From Kondoa subrosea (Eukaryota): a stretch of 64,000 nt of DNA. Below are positions 52,437 through 64,000 of this stretch, piece after piece. Under the pieces are notes generated by a model, which ran no database searches, was not told the origin of the DNA, and saw only the letters and a list, made by a program, of their open reading frames with translations. The stretch covers positions 1,534,604 to 1,598,603 of the forward strand of contig BCIN01000001.1 in the NCBI GenBank assembly GCA_039545335.1, read 5' to 3'. The translations under genes and the position numbers were made by a program. Within the stretch, counting starts at the first letter, position 1; the number at the start of each line of letters is the position of its first letter.

Positions 52437-55400
52437 CTACATGTGCATCGTTCTGTGTCTTCTAGGTGGACTTGGTGTTCTGTCATCTTCGCTCAGGTCA
52501 GCAGCGAATTTTTCGAAGTTCATGCTTGCAAATGAGCTGGTAAGGAGCGAGAGACCAGCTTCTTCCTCCAACAAACTGGGTAACTCTACTTCCTCTAGAC
52601 CTATGGAGCTGCGACGTCTTGCTAGCTTGTCTGCTTCCTCCTTCATATGTTGGAAGATAAACTCTTCCAGTTCTTTCGCTCGCTGTAACGTATTGTATGT
52701 AAGTACAATTCGTGAGAATCTAGAGCAGCGTACCTTCCGCTCGCTCGCTAGTTCTTCATTAGCTCTTGCCTCGCTTTCTTTCCGCGCGATCATATCTCTT
52801 TCCAGCTGCCTAACTCTCGAACTCCAGTCTTTCTCGACTATCCGTCTTTCTCGTTTAGCTGCATCTTCAGGGTCATTGTTGCGTATGACGACTTCTAATT
52901 CGCGTATTGTCTTCTGCTGATCAGCTATCACTTGATCTTTGACTGATTCCGGTGCATCTGGTGAAACAGCTGGGCGAAGGACTAATTCATCTTCAGCTGT
53001 TTGCAATTCCTCTTTGAGTTTCGCAACTTGATCTTCTAGATCCGCGACCTTTTCTTGCGAATCCGCTAGCTGATCTAGGAGTTGTTCAGGATCCTTCTCT
53101 GGAGCAATGTCTTTAATTAGCGATAGAGGTCGTACGGGCAACTCATCCTATCATGAAGCTTAGACATAGGTCGAGATCAGAAAACCGCACTCACCCGATC
53201 CATGTCTACATTCTTTGAGGTTAAGAAGAGTGTTTGAAGAGTTTCAATTTGACTCTTCAGGGCTTGAACTTCCGCTTTGCTGCGCGTAGACTACAATGCG
53301 GTGCGTGAACTTGATGTAGAGAACAAGAAGAGTGGCACGCACCGATTCTCGAGCTTTACCAGCTGTTGGACCTCGAGGTGTTGGAGGTATAGCAGCAACT
53401 TCAGCGGCTTTCTCGGCCAATTGAGCTTGTAATTCTGCGATCTATTGAAACAAAACATCAGTGAGAGTACTTGAACCGAAAGTATGAGAGCTCACTTGAT
53501 TCCGGTATTTGTTGAGGAGAGCTTTGTCATCAATAATCTCATTCCTCTCAGCAGCGACCTGAACTTTCTTGACTCTCGAAGCGAATTTGAGTGTGGATTT
53601 AGACTCTTCTATCGCAGTGACAGAAGGATTGATTGTGCAGATCACGGCAACTTTAGCTGTTCCGGATAAAGAAGGTTGCAGAATCTGAGTAAGCTTGGAG
53701 TCACGGTATGGGATATGCGTTCTTGGTTTGTCGTCCGTCAGTGCAGCAACGACTTTCTCTAGCGTTAACAAACTAAGAGGAGATTGTCAGAGATAGTCGC
53801 TTTGCGAAGTGGAATACAGAAGCCTACCTCTTGTTGATGAAAGCACCTTCTACTCTTCGTTCTTGTTGAGAAGTAGCTTTCTCACTACCCGCCAAATCAA
53901 TGAGACTCTGTTCTCATATGTCAGCGCTTTATACTTATCAATTTAGAAGGGGGAACTGACCAGCCGACTTATTTTGACTGCTCCACCTCCATTAGCAGCC
54001 AACCTACTTCCATTCACTCCCATACTAGTCCCAGGTCTTACACTCGCAACTTCCGCAGATCCAGCTTCTCTACTCTCAATAATCATTTGAAAGACAGTAT
54101 GACTTCTTGAACTTCTAGCATTGTAATCCGTAGAACCAGTATGTCTATTCGCTTCACCTCTTAACAACAAAGCAGCAACTTGTTGTTCACCAGTAACTAC
54201 TTCTTCTCTTAATGGTGAAACAAAGAATTTCTTGGATTCGTCTTGCCTGATTTTTACTAGACCTTGAGTTTCTGGTGCTAGCAAGTCTTTGAGTTGTTCG
54301 TTGTAGATTTCCAGATAGGACGCTCGTAGAAGAAATTCTCGATGTGGATTCTGTTTGTGTAATATGTTTTAGTATGAAGCGTCCTGGCCACATAAAGATG
54401 GAGACGAACGGCTCGAATGTAAGCAAAGATATCGGTCACTGCTTGAGGAATAATACCAGGATTCATTTGAGTACCGGTCTGTGTCCTTCGTTTCAGCTTG
54501 TCAAAGACCAATGAGACAGGGAAAACTCACTAAAGTGAACGTCTTTCCTGATGCTGTTTGACCATAAGCGAATATCACAGCATCGAAACCTTCCATGCAG
54601 GAGGTGATGAGTGGTTTTCCAGCACTGTGGTAGACTTGAGTGTTGCCAGAACCAGTAACAACGGCATCTGTGCATTTCCATGAAACTTAATCTCGATAAG
54701 AGAGTGACGGGTAGAAGTAACGCACCGAATCTGAAATCAGTACTTGCTCTACCTCCTTCCAATAGGGAAACAGTGCCCAATCTTTGATCTGCAGCCCAAG
54801 CTTCTTCAACATATCCTGAAGTATTTCTAGCTCCTTGAGCAGTTGATAAAGCAGCTGGTCGTATTCTATTCCGCAAGCCTCAGGTCTCACATCGTACATG
54901 GTCTACAATTGGAACACACCGAACGCAAACTAGAACTGTATCCTGTTTACCAGATGATCGAGTAGACATGGCCATGACATCTGGTTCTGTTGATGAAACT
55001 GGTACTGTTCTTCTTGGTGTTTCCGGTAACAAGGTAGCAGCAGAAATAGGTGCATAAGTATCAAAAGAACTTTGTGGTCTTAATGGTCTGGAAATAGTTG
55101 CAGTAGTAGTAGGTTCAGAGACATAAGTTGGTTTAGCAGGAGTAGATAATCCTATTCGTGGTTGACGTAAAGTAGGCGTATCAGCTCTTTCTGCTCCTGG
55201 GACTGTAATCTTTTTCTTGATTGGTGCTGCATTAGGTGTGACTTTCGCTCTGACTACAGTTTGCTGTATATTGCCTAATGAAGCCAGGTTTGATGTTGTT
55301 AAAGGAGATACAGAAGGACTAGAGTGATCTGGTGAATCGTATTGCTGCCTGAGTCGAGCTACAGCTCCGTTTAGTGCTGGAGATTCTCGTTCAACAGGCG

Positions 55401-55455
55401 TAGAAGGTTTGACTGGAACGAAAGGCGTCCTCGCTACTCTGGGTGAGCTGGTCAT
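52437..55455 (-). CDS. Kinesin-7 family motor (Kip2/Tea2/KipA-like)
   Basis: VLVCVR, FAYGQTASGKT, YLEIYNE, NARSSRSH, LIDLAGSE, HIPYRDSKLTQILQPSLSG, disordered N-terminus and coiled-coil tail. Confidence 0.92.
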
Positions 55456-55672
55456 AGTGAATCGATGGGTATGTACGAAGCCGAGGTATTGTCCAATCCA
55501 GTGTCAAGTGCAGAGACGAGAGTGACAAGGAAAATCAAAACAAGACTTGGAGGCGGGCATGCCCGATCGCGTCAGTAAGGGCTGAGGTCTCTCTTTTTCG
55601 TAAGCGATGCTCTTGACTCGATCTTTGATACCTCTGACAGTCGCTTTCTTACCGATAAGAAGTTTAGCAACC

Positions 55673-56838
55673 ATGTCTAAGTCATTTTATGATCTCAAAG
55701 CAGAAACTGCAACTGGAGTAATGGATTTCTCAAGCTTGAAGGGCAAGGTGGTGCTGTAAGTAGTGTGCCGTATGTTATCCGATTGGATACTGAACGATTG
55801 CATGCAGAATAACCAACAGTAAGCTTGATTCCAGTGTACTGGCTTTACATAGCTCAAGCCTCCTGATGATAAAGCTGCCTCCAAGGTATGCATGCATAGT
55901 TCTGTGCACATCCATCCTGCTGATATTCATGATCCTACAGTGCGGCTTCACACCTCAATATAAAGGTATGTCAGTCAAAAGCTGACTAATGTAATTTCGA
56001 TTCACGTGCCCCAATCTAATTCATTGGTCAAGGATTGGAAAAGCTCTACAAAGACTACAAGGATAGGGACTTTGAATTACTTGGTTTCCCTTGCAATGTT
56101 AGTCCAATCCTTGCTTGAGCAGTGCAATTGGCTGAATGGGCTGATATAGCAATTTGGCGGTGTATGTTCTGCTCATCACTAACGATTCATGAGAAGCTAA
56201 TGAGACTACAGCAAGAACCAGGAACTGATGCTGAAGTTGCCCAATTCTGTGAATTGTAGGGTTCCAGACACAACTTTCTATTTCTGTTTGACTGACGCTT
56301 CCCCGATCTTCTACAGAAAACATGGTGTTTCTTTCCCTCTGATGAAGAAGAGCGATGTCAATGGCGATAACACAAATGAGGTAAGGCATTCAATCGCTGG
56401 GGAATGTATTTGGTCTAATCTGGTCAATCAGGTCTTTGCTTTCTTAAAAGCACAGAAATCAAGTCTTGGGATGTGAGTTTCTCCCATATCCTATGTTGAA
56501 CGCCGCTAAGCGTTTCTTCCAGGTCTCGCATCAAGTCAGTCTATTACTTCTTGCCTCTTTGCGACCGCTCGGCTGATTGCTTGCTTCCTGGGAAGATGGA
56601 ACTTCGAGAAGGTAAATTTCGTGCTTAGCAATGCTTCCTTGATACATGTCTGACCCTGTTGATTAGTTCCTGGTAAATAAAGAAGGCAAGGTGGTACAAC
56701 GTTATACCTCAGTAAGAGCATTCGGCTGTTATCTTTCCTAATCCTAAAGCCTGAATCTGCTAGGTCACCACACCCGAAGCGATCGCCAAAGATATCGAGC
56801 CATTATTGAGCAAGCCAGCCTCCAAAGCGGAGCTGTGA
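55673..56838 (+). CDS. Cys-type glutathione peroxidase (Gpx/Hyr1-like), 13 exons
   Basis: Spliced MSKSFYDL…[24 protein letters not shown]…LGFPCNQFGGQEPG…IKWNFEKFLV. The active-site codon is TGC. Confidence 0.93.
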
Positions 56839-57030
56839 TCTCGGCCTAAACGCGAGTATATCAGATAATCGTTATATATTAGATCATTATAGTGCCCGTA
56901 TCAACATTAATAGTATCTGCTCTAGTAATAATACTATTCTCCAAATGGCTCTTGTCCGCTTCCTAAATTTCGACATTCAACCCCGCATTTTTCTTGTCCT
57001 GCACAACCATTCATTGGCCGCAAAGTTATA

Positions 57031-58749
57031 ATGACTGATCCAACTCTCGTATGGCCAACGTGGTCATACGCAAATGAAACAACGACGCAAGAAAGACCAA
57101 TGCGAACTATTAGACGCTTGTCTCAGATTGGCAATACATCTTATGAAGAACAACGTTTCTATAGCACTGCCGCTACTGCTGCTGAGCAGGATAGCAGCAG
57201 TAGGGAACCAGGAGGACAAAGGAATACAAGAGCGTATAGATCACCTGGTTCACGAAGACCTACACGGAATAGAGAAGTTATACCTGCTTTGCTGGATGTG
57301 AGCGATACGGATTCGGAAGAAGCTTTTACGAGTACTATTCAACAAGGACATGTTGCTCGGAGAAATCGAGGGAGGGAGGAATCAACTGTTGGTAGTGGTA
57401 GTGGTGCAACAGTAGAGAGTTTGGCTACTTCTGCTAATGCTGTTCATTCTCAATCGGGTTATTCGAGATCTTGGAGAGCTAGACAAGCGTTGGCTGATTC
57501 GCAAGATGATTGGCTAGATGGTGACCTAGCTGGCGCTGCTGCTAATGCTGGTGAACTTGCTACTTGGCAACCTAAGATTCTGAAGGAAACGAATGATGTT
57601 TGGGAACTGAGGTGTAATAGCAAGAACTGTGATACGCTGGTTTGCTCTAGAGGCCAAGTGTCTAGATCAGTCGCTCTCTCAAGATTTGTCGATAAAACAG
57701 TCAAGGCTATCAAACTATACGTTTCGGATGCTGCACCGCCCGAAGACGTCATAGCCTTACCTGAAGCGGCTGGAAGTGAATTCGATATCAACGACAAGAG
57801 TTGTACTTGTACGAAACATACAATAGGCTGTCGATGTTGGTACGCCATATTTTGGACCGCTTAACTCAACGTTTGCATTGATGCAAACTTTGTGTACAGC
57901 GGTTCAACTTTAGGCTACCATATTTCCGATCTATGCATGTATTGTACTCGATACTCTCAACGTCGGGTAACGCCATTTCCTTTTGCTTTTTATGAACAAG
58001 CCGTTTCCGCTTCAACAAGAAGACAACCGCATTCTTCTTCGCTCACTTACGCTTGGGATGAAATACCTACACTGAAAGAAGATTACGCTGCTGGTCTTAT
58101 TGGTGATCCTTGCGATTGGCTCTTTACTTCTTCTTCCTCTTCGAAATCTATACCATACTGGTTACCTTATCGAAAACCGATTTATACTACTACTACAACC
58201 ACTATAACTCGAACAAGCGATCAAGAACCGGAAAGACCTTTCATCCGTCGGCAAGCTGGTGTTTCAGTGGCATCAAGAGAAGCTGGAGAGGACGAAACTT
58301 GGATGCCTATTCCTCTATACGAAAGGCATCCAGAACGATCTGCTTCTGTAAGAATACCTATACTTGGACGAGGGTCAACAGAAGCAGAACCGGATAGTCC
58401 TTGGGGTAGATTGAGAAGGAGAGCTAGGGATTTAGCTGAGGAAGAAGAGTTTTCGTGGGAAGAAAGGGTGGCTAATACTAGAAGCAGTGATGGAGTAAGA
58501 AGGATAAGACGAAAGACTGAGGATGTTGGGATAGAGAAGAAAGAAGAAGCCTCAAACTGGAATGACCCAAACGGGAATGTGAGTTCCGAATATTGCATTG
58601 AGGCTGATCATCGATCAAAGCTGACTCGGTCATAGGAGATCTACTTCTGGATGCGAGACCGAGTTCAATACGGAATGCTCTCTTCAGAAGAACCGGTAGA
58701 AGTCAAATCGTCGCAAAGTCGCCCGCCTGCGGATTTCGAGAATCGGTAG
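57031..58749 (+). CDS. FAM72-like Cys-rich domain protein with disordered flanks
   Basis: VWELRC…CDTLVCSRG…KA…SD…CTC…IGCRCCGSTLGYHI…CMYC…FYEQAV…W matches the FAM72 Cys/Gly pattern as I recall it. Confidence 0.65.
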
Positions 58750-59115
58750 CACCTGTACATGGAATGAGAAGCATTGCAACTCGTAATCTTTTGCTTCCTC
58801 GGTAGTAGCTATGACGAGCTATCTTTGAAGGATCATCTGTTTCGGTAGCTAGTATGTATGGCATCCATTGCGTCGAATTAGTTGTTTATGCTGTATGTCT
58901 GTTCCGAGCGCAATAATGAACCTATTTTATAAGTCTCGAGTCTCACTGCGTTAATCTACCTCTCTTCTGGCAAAGCGAAAGCCGACCAAAATTGACTTTA
59001 CCTTTGACTCGTTCTTCTTGGCTTATGTAATCGCTGAAAGATGGTTGATCCATTCATCCTTGCTTATTCTTGTAATGTTCGATCTCTTGTGCTGGCAGCC
59101 ACAACAAACTCAACA

Positions 59116-60213
59116 ATGTCTTTTCAATACAAAAAGGTCTTGGTGATTGGAGCGACAAGTGGAATTGGGAAAGCCCTGGGCGAAACATTCATTAAGAATG
59201 GCTCTGCCGTCATCGCTGTCGGTCGAAGGGAAGAAGAGCTACAAACCTTTGTGAAGGAGAATGGAGACAAAGCCTCAAGCTACACATTCGATAGTAAGCT
59301 GCCTTGAACATCTGCAACTCGGTGCTCACAATCCCCATAAAGTCACAAAGCTGGCCGAGATCCCAGCTTTTGCACAAAAGGTGCTGCAAGAACATCAGGA
59401 TCTAGACTGTTTGTTCCTAAACAGCGGTATCCAACGTGGATTGGACTTCTCCAAGCCTGAGGAGATTGATCTGGATGCTGTTGAGCTTGAGACTGTAACG
59501 AATTACACATCGTACGTCTCGACGTGTTCAGGGCCAGACAAAGCTCACCCAATATAGCTATATTCATCTTCTCAAGGCTTTCCTGCCTCATTTGATCGCG
59601 AGTCAATCTGCAACTTCTGTGATTTTCACCACTTCAGGTTTAGCTCTCGTTCCTTTGGTCAGATGCGGCAACTATTGTAGCTCCAAAGCTGCTCTGCACC
59701 ATCTTATTTTGACTATGCGCGAGCAATTGAAGCCATCCAATGTCAAAGTCATCGAGATTTGTGAGCAGACTCCTAGTGGTGGTGTCTCTCACTGATCGAA
59801 AATGCTCTAGACCCTCCAGCGGTACAGACAGAATTGCATGGTAATTCCTTCTTCAGTAGCGGTTTCCTTCATTCGCTCATATGTGTACTTCGCGACCGCT
59901 ATAGACGAAAAACATCGTGAGTTGCATCGCTTCGGAGTGAAACTAAGCTAAAACGGAACGGATAGAACCTGATATCAAGAACGGGTGAGTAGATAGTAAT
60001 TACAGCGCGTTTGCTCGTGCTAAGCTACGCATGCGCATCTACAGTCGTCAAATTGGTATTCCGCTCGAAGACTTCGTTAAAGAGAGCTGGCAAGGATTAT
60101 GCGAAGGCAAAGAAGATATTCCCGTTGCCAACGTCCATAATTGGTTCAATGCCGTGGAAAAGCCGCGCAGAGAAGCGATGCAGAAGATGATCGAGATGAT
60201 GAAATCGCAGTAA
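59116..60213 (+). CDS. Short-chain dehydrogenase (DltE-like), with 12- and 19-nt microexons
   Basis: IGATSGIG, NSGIQR, TTSGLALVP, YCSSKAALH and PPAVQTELH. Confidence 0.9.
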
Positions 60214-60280
60214 GGGAAAGGCACAGATATGCAATGCAATGTAATGTATAGACAAATAACGAATAACATCCCTTTTTGCA

Positions 60281-63200
60281 TCATTTCTTGCGGGGCATTG
60301 GCATTGCTTGGATGGTCGAGCCTTTGGTGCTGGACTTTGCCGTAGATTTGCTAGGTGCTTTCTTCTTGCTAGTCGAGACATTCGAGGGATTCAAAGGCGC
60401 TCGATTATATGCGAAAGCTTTGGTCAGATCGCCGGACTTGAGACTGTTTGAGCGGGATCGAGCAGCAGCCGGACGGGGTCTAGCGGGTATCAGCTTCCTG
60501 CTTGTGCTGAAAGAAGGCTGTCATACCTAGACTCTTGAGAGCTTGCGATAGCCTTTTTTGCAAAGCGTTGGCAGACGCTAAGTAATTCGCACATTTCGGT
60601 GTCGATGGATGCAAGATCCTCGGTGATTTCTTGAAGACAATCGAGCTTCCAGAAAGCAGGTTCTGAAACGCGCGAATCAGCATCCGGCGACCGAAACACA
60701 TGTAGGCCTTACGACTTGTTGGCAGGATCTAGAGGCAGAGAGTTATAAGTCTCGTGTAAGGAGCGTCTACATTGACTTACCAAAGCCAAGGTCTGCAGGA
60801 CAGAGTCAGGGATGATGCTGGCAATATTCGATTTTTTCTAAATCACACGTTAGTTCGTGCTCTTCCAGACGAGAGGCTTATCACTGACGAGATTTGTACC
60901 AATCTAATACAGCAAACATCAGTATACCGTCGATATGCGGCTAAATACAAAGCACCTTCTGTCGGCAGGATAAAAGCTCTTTGTAGCACGCTTCTTGCAT
61001 ATCCATGCCGTCTGCATCCTCTTCAATTTCTTCTCGAACAACGCGGCTTTTCGCTTTTGGTCGGTTCGGCGGCCAGATTTGAGAGATCTTTTCCTCTTCA
61101 TCATCATTCAATGCATCCTCTTCATCGTCGCTGAAACCATCAATGGAGTCGTCGACTTCCTTCTGCGCTCTGCTAGGAGCTTTGGTCTTTTTGGCGGGGA
61201 GTTTGGTCTGCTTCTTGCCACAACCTTTGCTTAGGCTCATCTCGACGAAGACTTCTCCTTTCAACACGACGTTTGCCTTCGGTCCAGATAGGATATAAGC
61301 ACTCGTCTAGAGCGATACAAGAATAGTCAGAGGTGATTCGAGTCTCAGAAGCGCGAACGCACATAGCCAGAAGCATTGGTTTCACTCTTCTCCTTCAGTG
61401 CTTGAATAAGACACAACTGCTGGAAGAGCCGCTCGACATCGCCACGCTCCATATTTGCTCCAGCTCCGTAGTGAACTACACGATCATGACCTTTGTCGAC
61501 AATCTACGACCATTCTAAGACTAAGTGAGACTTGATGGGTGAAGATGCCTACCTTTCTCATCTTGCTACCGCGAAAGACATCCACACAATGCAGAAGAGT
61601 GACATTCTCGCCATCTGAAAGAGCCTTGACTAAACTGATAGCTTCTTTCGCCAATTCGGTCACATCCGTCTTAGGTGAATTCTCTCCCTTGACGCAATTA
61701 TCGCAAGTAGCATTACAGAGACTCTCTGCAACAAATATCAGTCTCTCTCTCTACGGTCTTTCGGCAATGGCATACTATCAAAATTCTCACCAAAGTATTG
61801 TAAGATTTGTGTACGTCTGCAATCCGTCGTGTTCATACCTGCTCATCGGGTCAGCAGAGTAGGAAAGGGAGAAGAAGACTTACAGTATTGTACGACGCCA
61901 CGCAGATTGTCCCTGTTGCGATCCTTCTGAACTTGGGTGCCTTCACCACTTTCGATCAAGCGTTGAATTAGATGCGTGTCTCCATCTGTACTGCGATTAG
62001 GTTGACTATAGAAGCAATAAAGACGCTTACAAGCATAGTAGAGAATGCAGACGGATTGCTTGCCATCTCTGCCAGCTCTGCCCGTTTCTTGATAATATCC
62101 TTCGAGAGAAGAAGGCAAGCTGTAATGAATGACATAACGGACAGCAGCTTGATCAATCCCCATACCAAAGCTGTAGGTAACACGCAACGGCATCAGCTGA
62201 AACGAGAAAGCTGAATCGGCATAAACCTACGCAATGGTCGCGCAAATGACATGAATTTTGCCAGTCTGCCATTCCGTTTGGGTTCTTGTCCGATCGCTCT
62301 TGTTCATCCTGAAAGGGCATTAGGCTATATCACCAGCTAAATGTGAAAGCACTCACCCAGCATGATAATGGTGTGCCCGAATCTGATATTTATCGCGAAG
62401 AGCTTGAGCAGTATTCTCGCATTGAGCTTTTGATAAGCAATAGATGATACCGCATTCGCCCGAATGTTCTTCCTTAATGAAATTAGAGATATCTTCTAGA
62501 ACGCCCTTTTTCTTCGGTCGGATCTCATAAGTCAGATTGGTTCGATTGAAAGATTGGGTAAGGACGGTGCATCCTTTTATGCCTAAGTTAGCCAATACGT
62601 CTTGCTTGACTCTTTCGTTTGCAGTTGCCGTTAAAGCGATAATAGGCGTTTTAGGGAATTCGACTTTGAGCTTCCCAAGTTGCTTGTAATCCGGTCTGAA
62701 GTCATGGCCCCAACTACTCATACCTGTTGCACTGCATAAGCCCCGAGACGATCGAAAGCAGAAAAGGCTTACAATGCGCTTCGTCGATAACGAATCTCGC
62801 CAATCTACCTCTGGCGTACAACTCCTTCATGACGTTCTTGAACATACCACTCTGAGCCAATAATTCAGGAGTAACGTAAACCATTGCCAAAGTACAATTC
62901 GGTCTCTTCATTTCAGCAATAACATGATCTTTGTCTCCTTTTGCCATGTTTGAATTGTAAGGGACAGCAATCACTCCTTTACCCATCAAACTTGCTACTT
63001 GATCTTGAATGAGTGATAGCAAAGGTGAAACGACTAAAGTGATTCCTCGAGTTTTACCAGATTGCACAACTGCTGGTAATTGATAGCAGAGCGATTTTCC
63101 TCCTCCAGTAGGCATGAGAACGAAACAATCTTTTCCCGATAGTGTTGTGTTGATGGCTTCGAGTTGATTTGCTCGGAAACTTTTCAGTCGAAAGACTTGA

Positions 63201-64000
63201 TACAAGAATTTGCGAACTTCTTTAGACCAAGGGTAAGCATTGTCATCGTATTGAGCTAAAGCAGGTTTTGTTATTACCACAGTTCTGACTTGTTCAGCAG
63301 GCTCTGTAGCTCGACCTTTGCCTTTGGATGAAGGTGCACCAGCCTTTTGAGCAGCAACAGGAGCTTTGACGATGGTTTTAGTTGCAGAACGTGATCTTGT
63401 GCAGATAGGCTTATCATCTTCATCTTCCGTTTCACTGTCATCGATAGTCAATGGTGCAGCTTTATGACCTGTTGCAGGTGTAGGAACATTTGTTTTCTTA
63501 GCTGGTGGTGCAACAATCTCATAGGCTGGAGGAGAGTCTTCAGGAAAGATTTCATCTGCCAAATCAGTACGAGCTGGAGCTTGAGGAGTTAAGCGAGAGG
63601 TTGATGCGATTGATGCAGCAGTCCTTGCTATAGGTGTAGGACGATTCATAGTGGTGGCAGAGGAAGAGGGCTGAACACGATTGAGATTGACCGAGCTTGA
63701 AGAGTGCTGCAGCGCGAGGGGCGGTTTCGCTCCAGCAAGAGGAGAATTGCTTCGATAATCTTCGGAACCGTCTCGATGCGTTGTAGGTCGCAAAGAAGCT
63801 TGGTGAGGTGCTCTTTGTGGTTGAGCTGTGAAAGTACTTGTGCCGGCGATTTGAGCTTTCAGAGATTCAATCTGTTTCGCATAGCGAGCGCTAATCAAAG
63901 GGTCAGCGATGTTGTGCCGATAAAGATATAGACGTACATAGAAGCTTTGACAAAGTCTAGATCCATCCCATCGTCTGTCCAAGTTTTGTCGTTCATGATC
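60281..64000 (-). CDS. SGS1: RecQ family DNA helicase (Sgs1/BLM-like), 5' end off window
   Basis: [61 protein letters not shown] cysteines and an HRDC-like tail. Confidence 0.93.

Noticed and set aside
55941..55965. Selenocysteine GPX
   Set aside because: The active-site codon is TGC (Cys), not TGA.
56815..56870. PTS1 or readthrough-derived PTS1 on GPX
   Set aside because: The protein ends KAEL* with an acidic -2 residue. The stop context TGA TCT is not the TGA CTA readthrough motif, and the extension ends YIR.

Overview
This is intron-rich, very compact fungal genomic DNA, probably from a basidiomycete (short GT-AG introns of about 45-70 nt, GCTGA/CTAA branch motifs, many microexons). About 27 protein-coding genes can be reconstructed by eye. 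Housekeeping genes: ERG24, SAC3, importin-7/8, UFD2, RPAP3-like, DCR2-like, COX10, YND1, kinesin-7, GPX, SGS1. Also present: two SDRs, a carboxylesterase, a histidine phosphatase, an amino-acid permease, an AN1 Zn-finger protein, a Kelch-BTB protein, a FAM72-like protein, three F-box(-like) genes and a few orphans. Three observations stand out. (1) A 16-exon Mn-type SOD has no mitochondrial presequence. Its final 10-nt exon adds the peroxisomal signal -AKL, while retaining that intron stops the protein at -SQA. (2) An F-box protein is fused to an XPA/Rad14-type C4 zinc finger plus DNA-binding subdomain and two novel ~45-aa repeats. (3) A gene-poor island at 40-45 kb carries an orphan gene bracketed by 360-bp direct repeats that belong to a diverged tandem array. 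No rRNA, tRNA, CRISPR or autonomous transposon was recognised. All exon structures are manual predictions and no database search was run.
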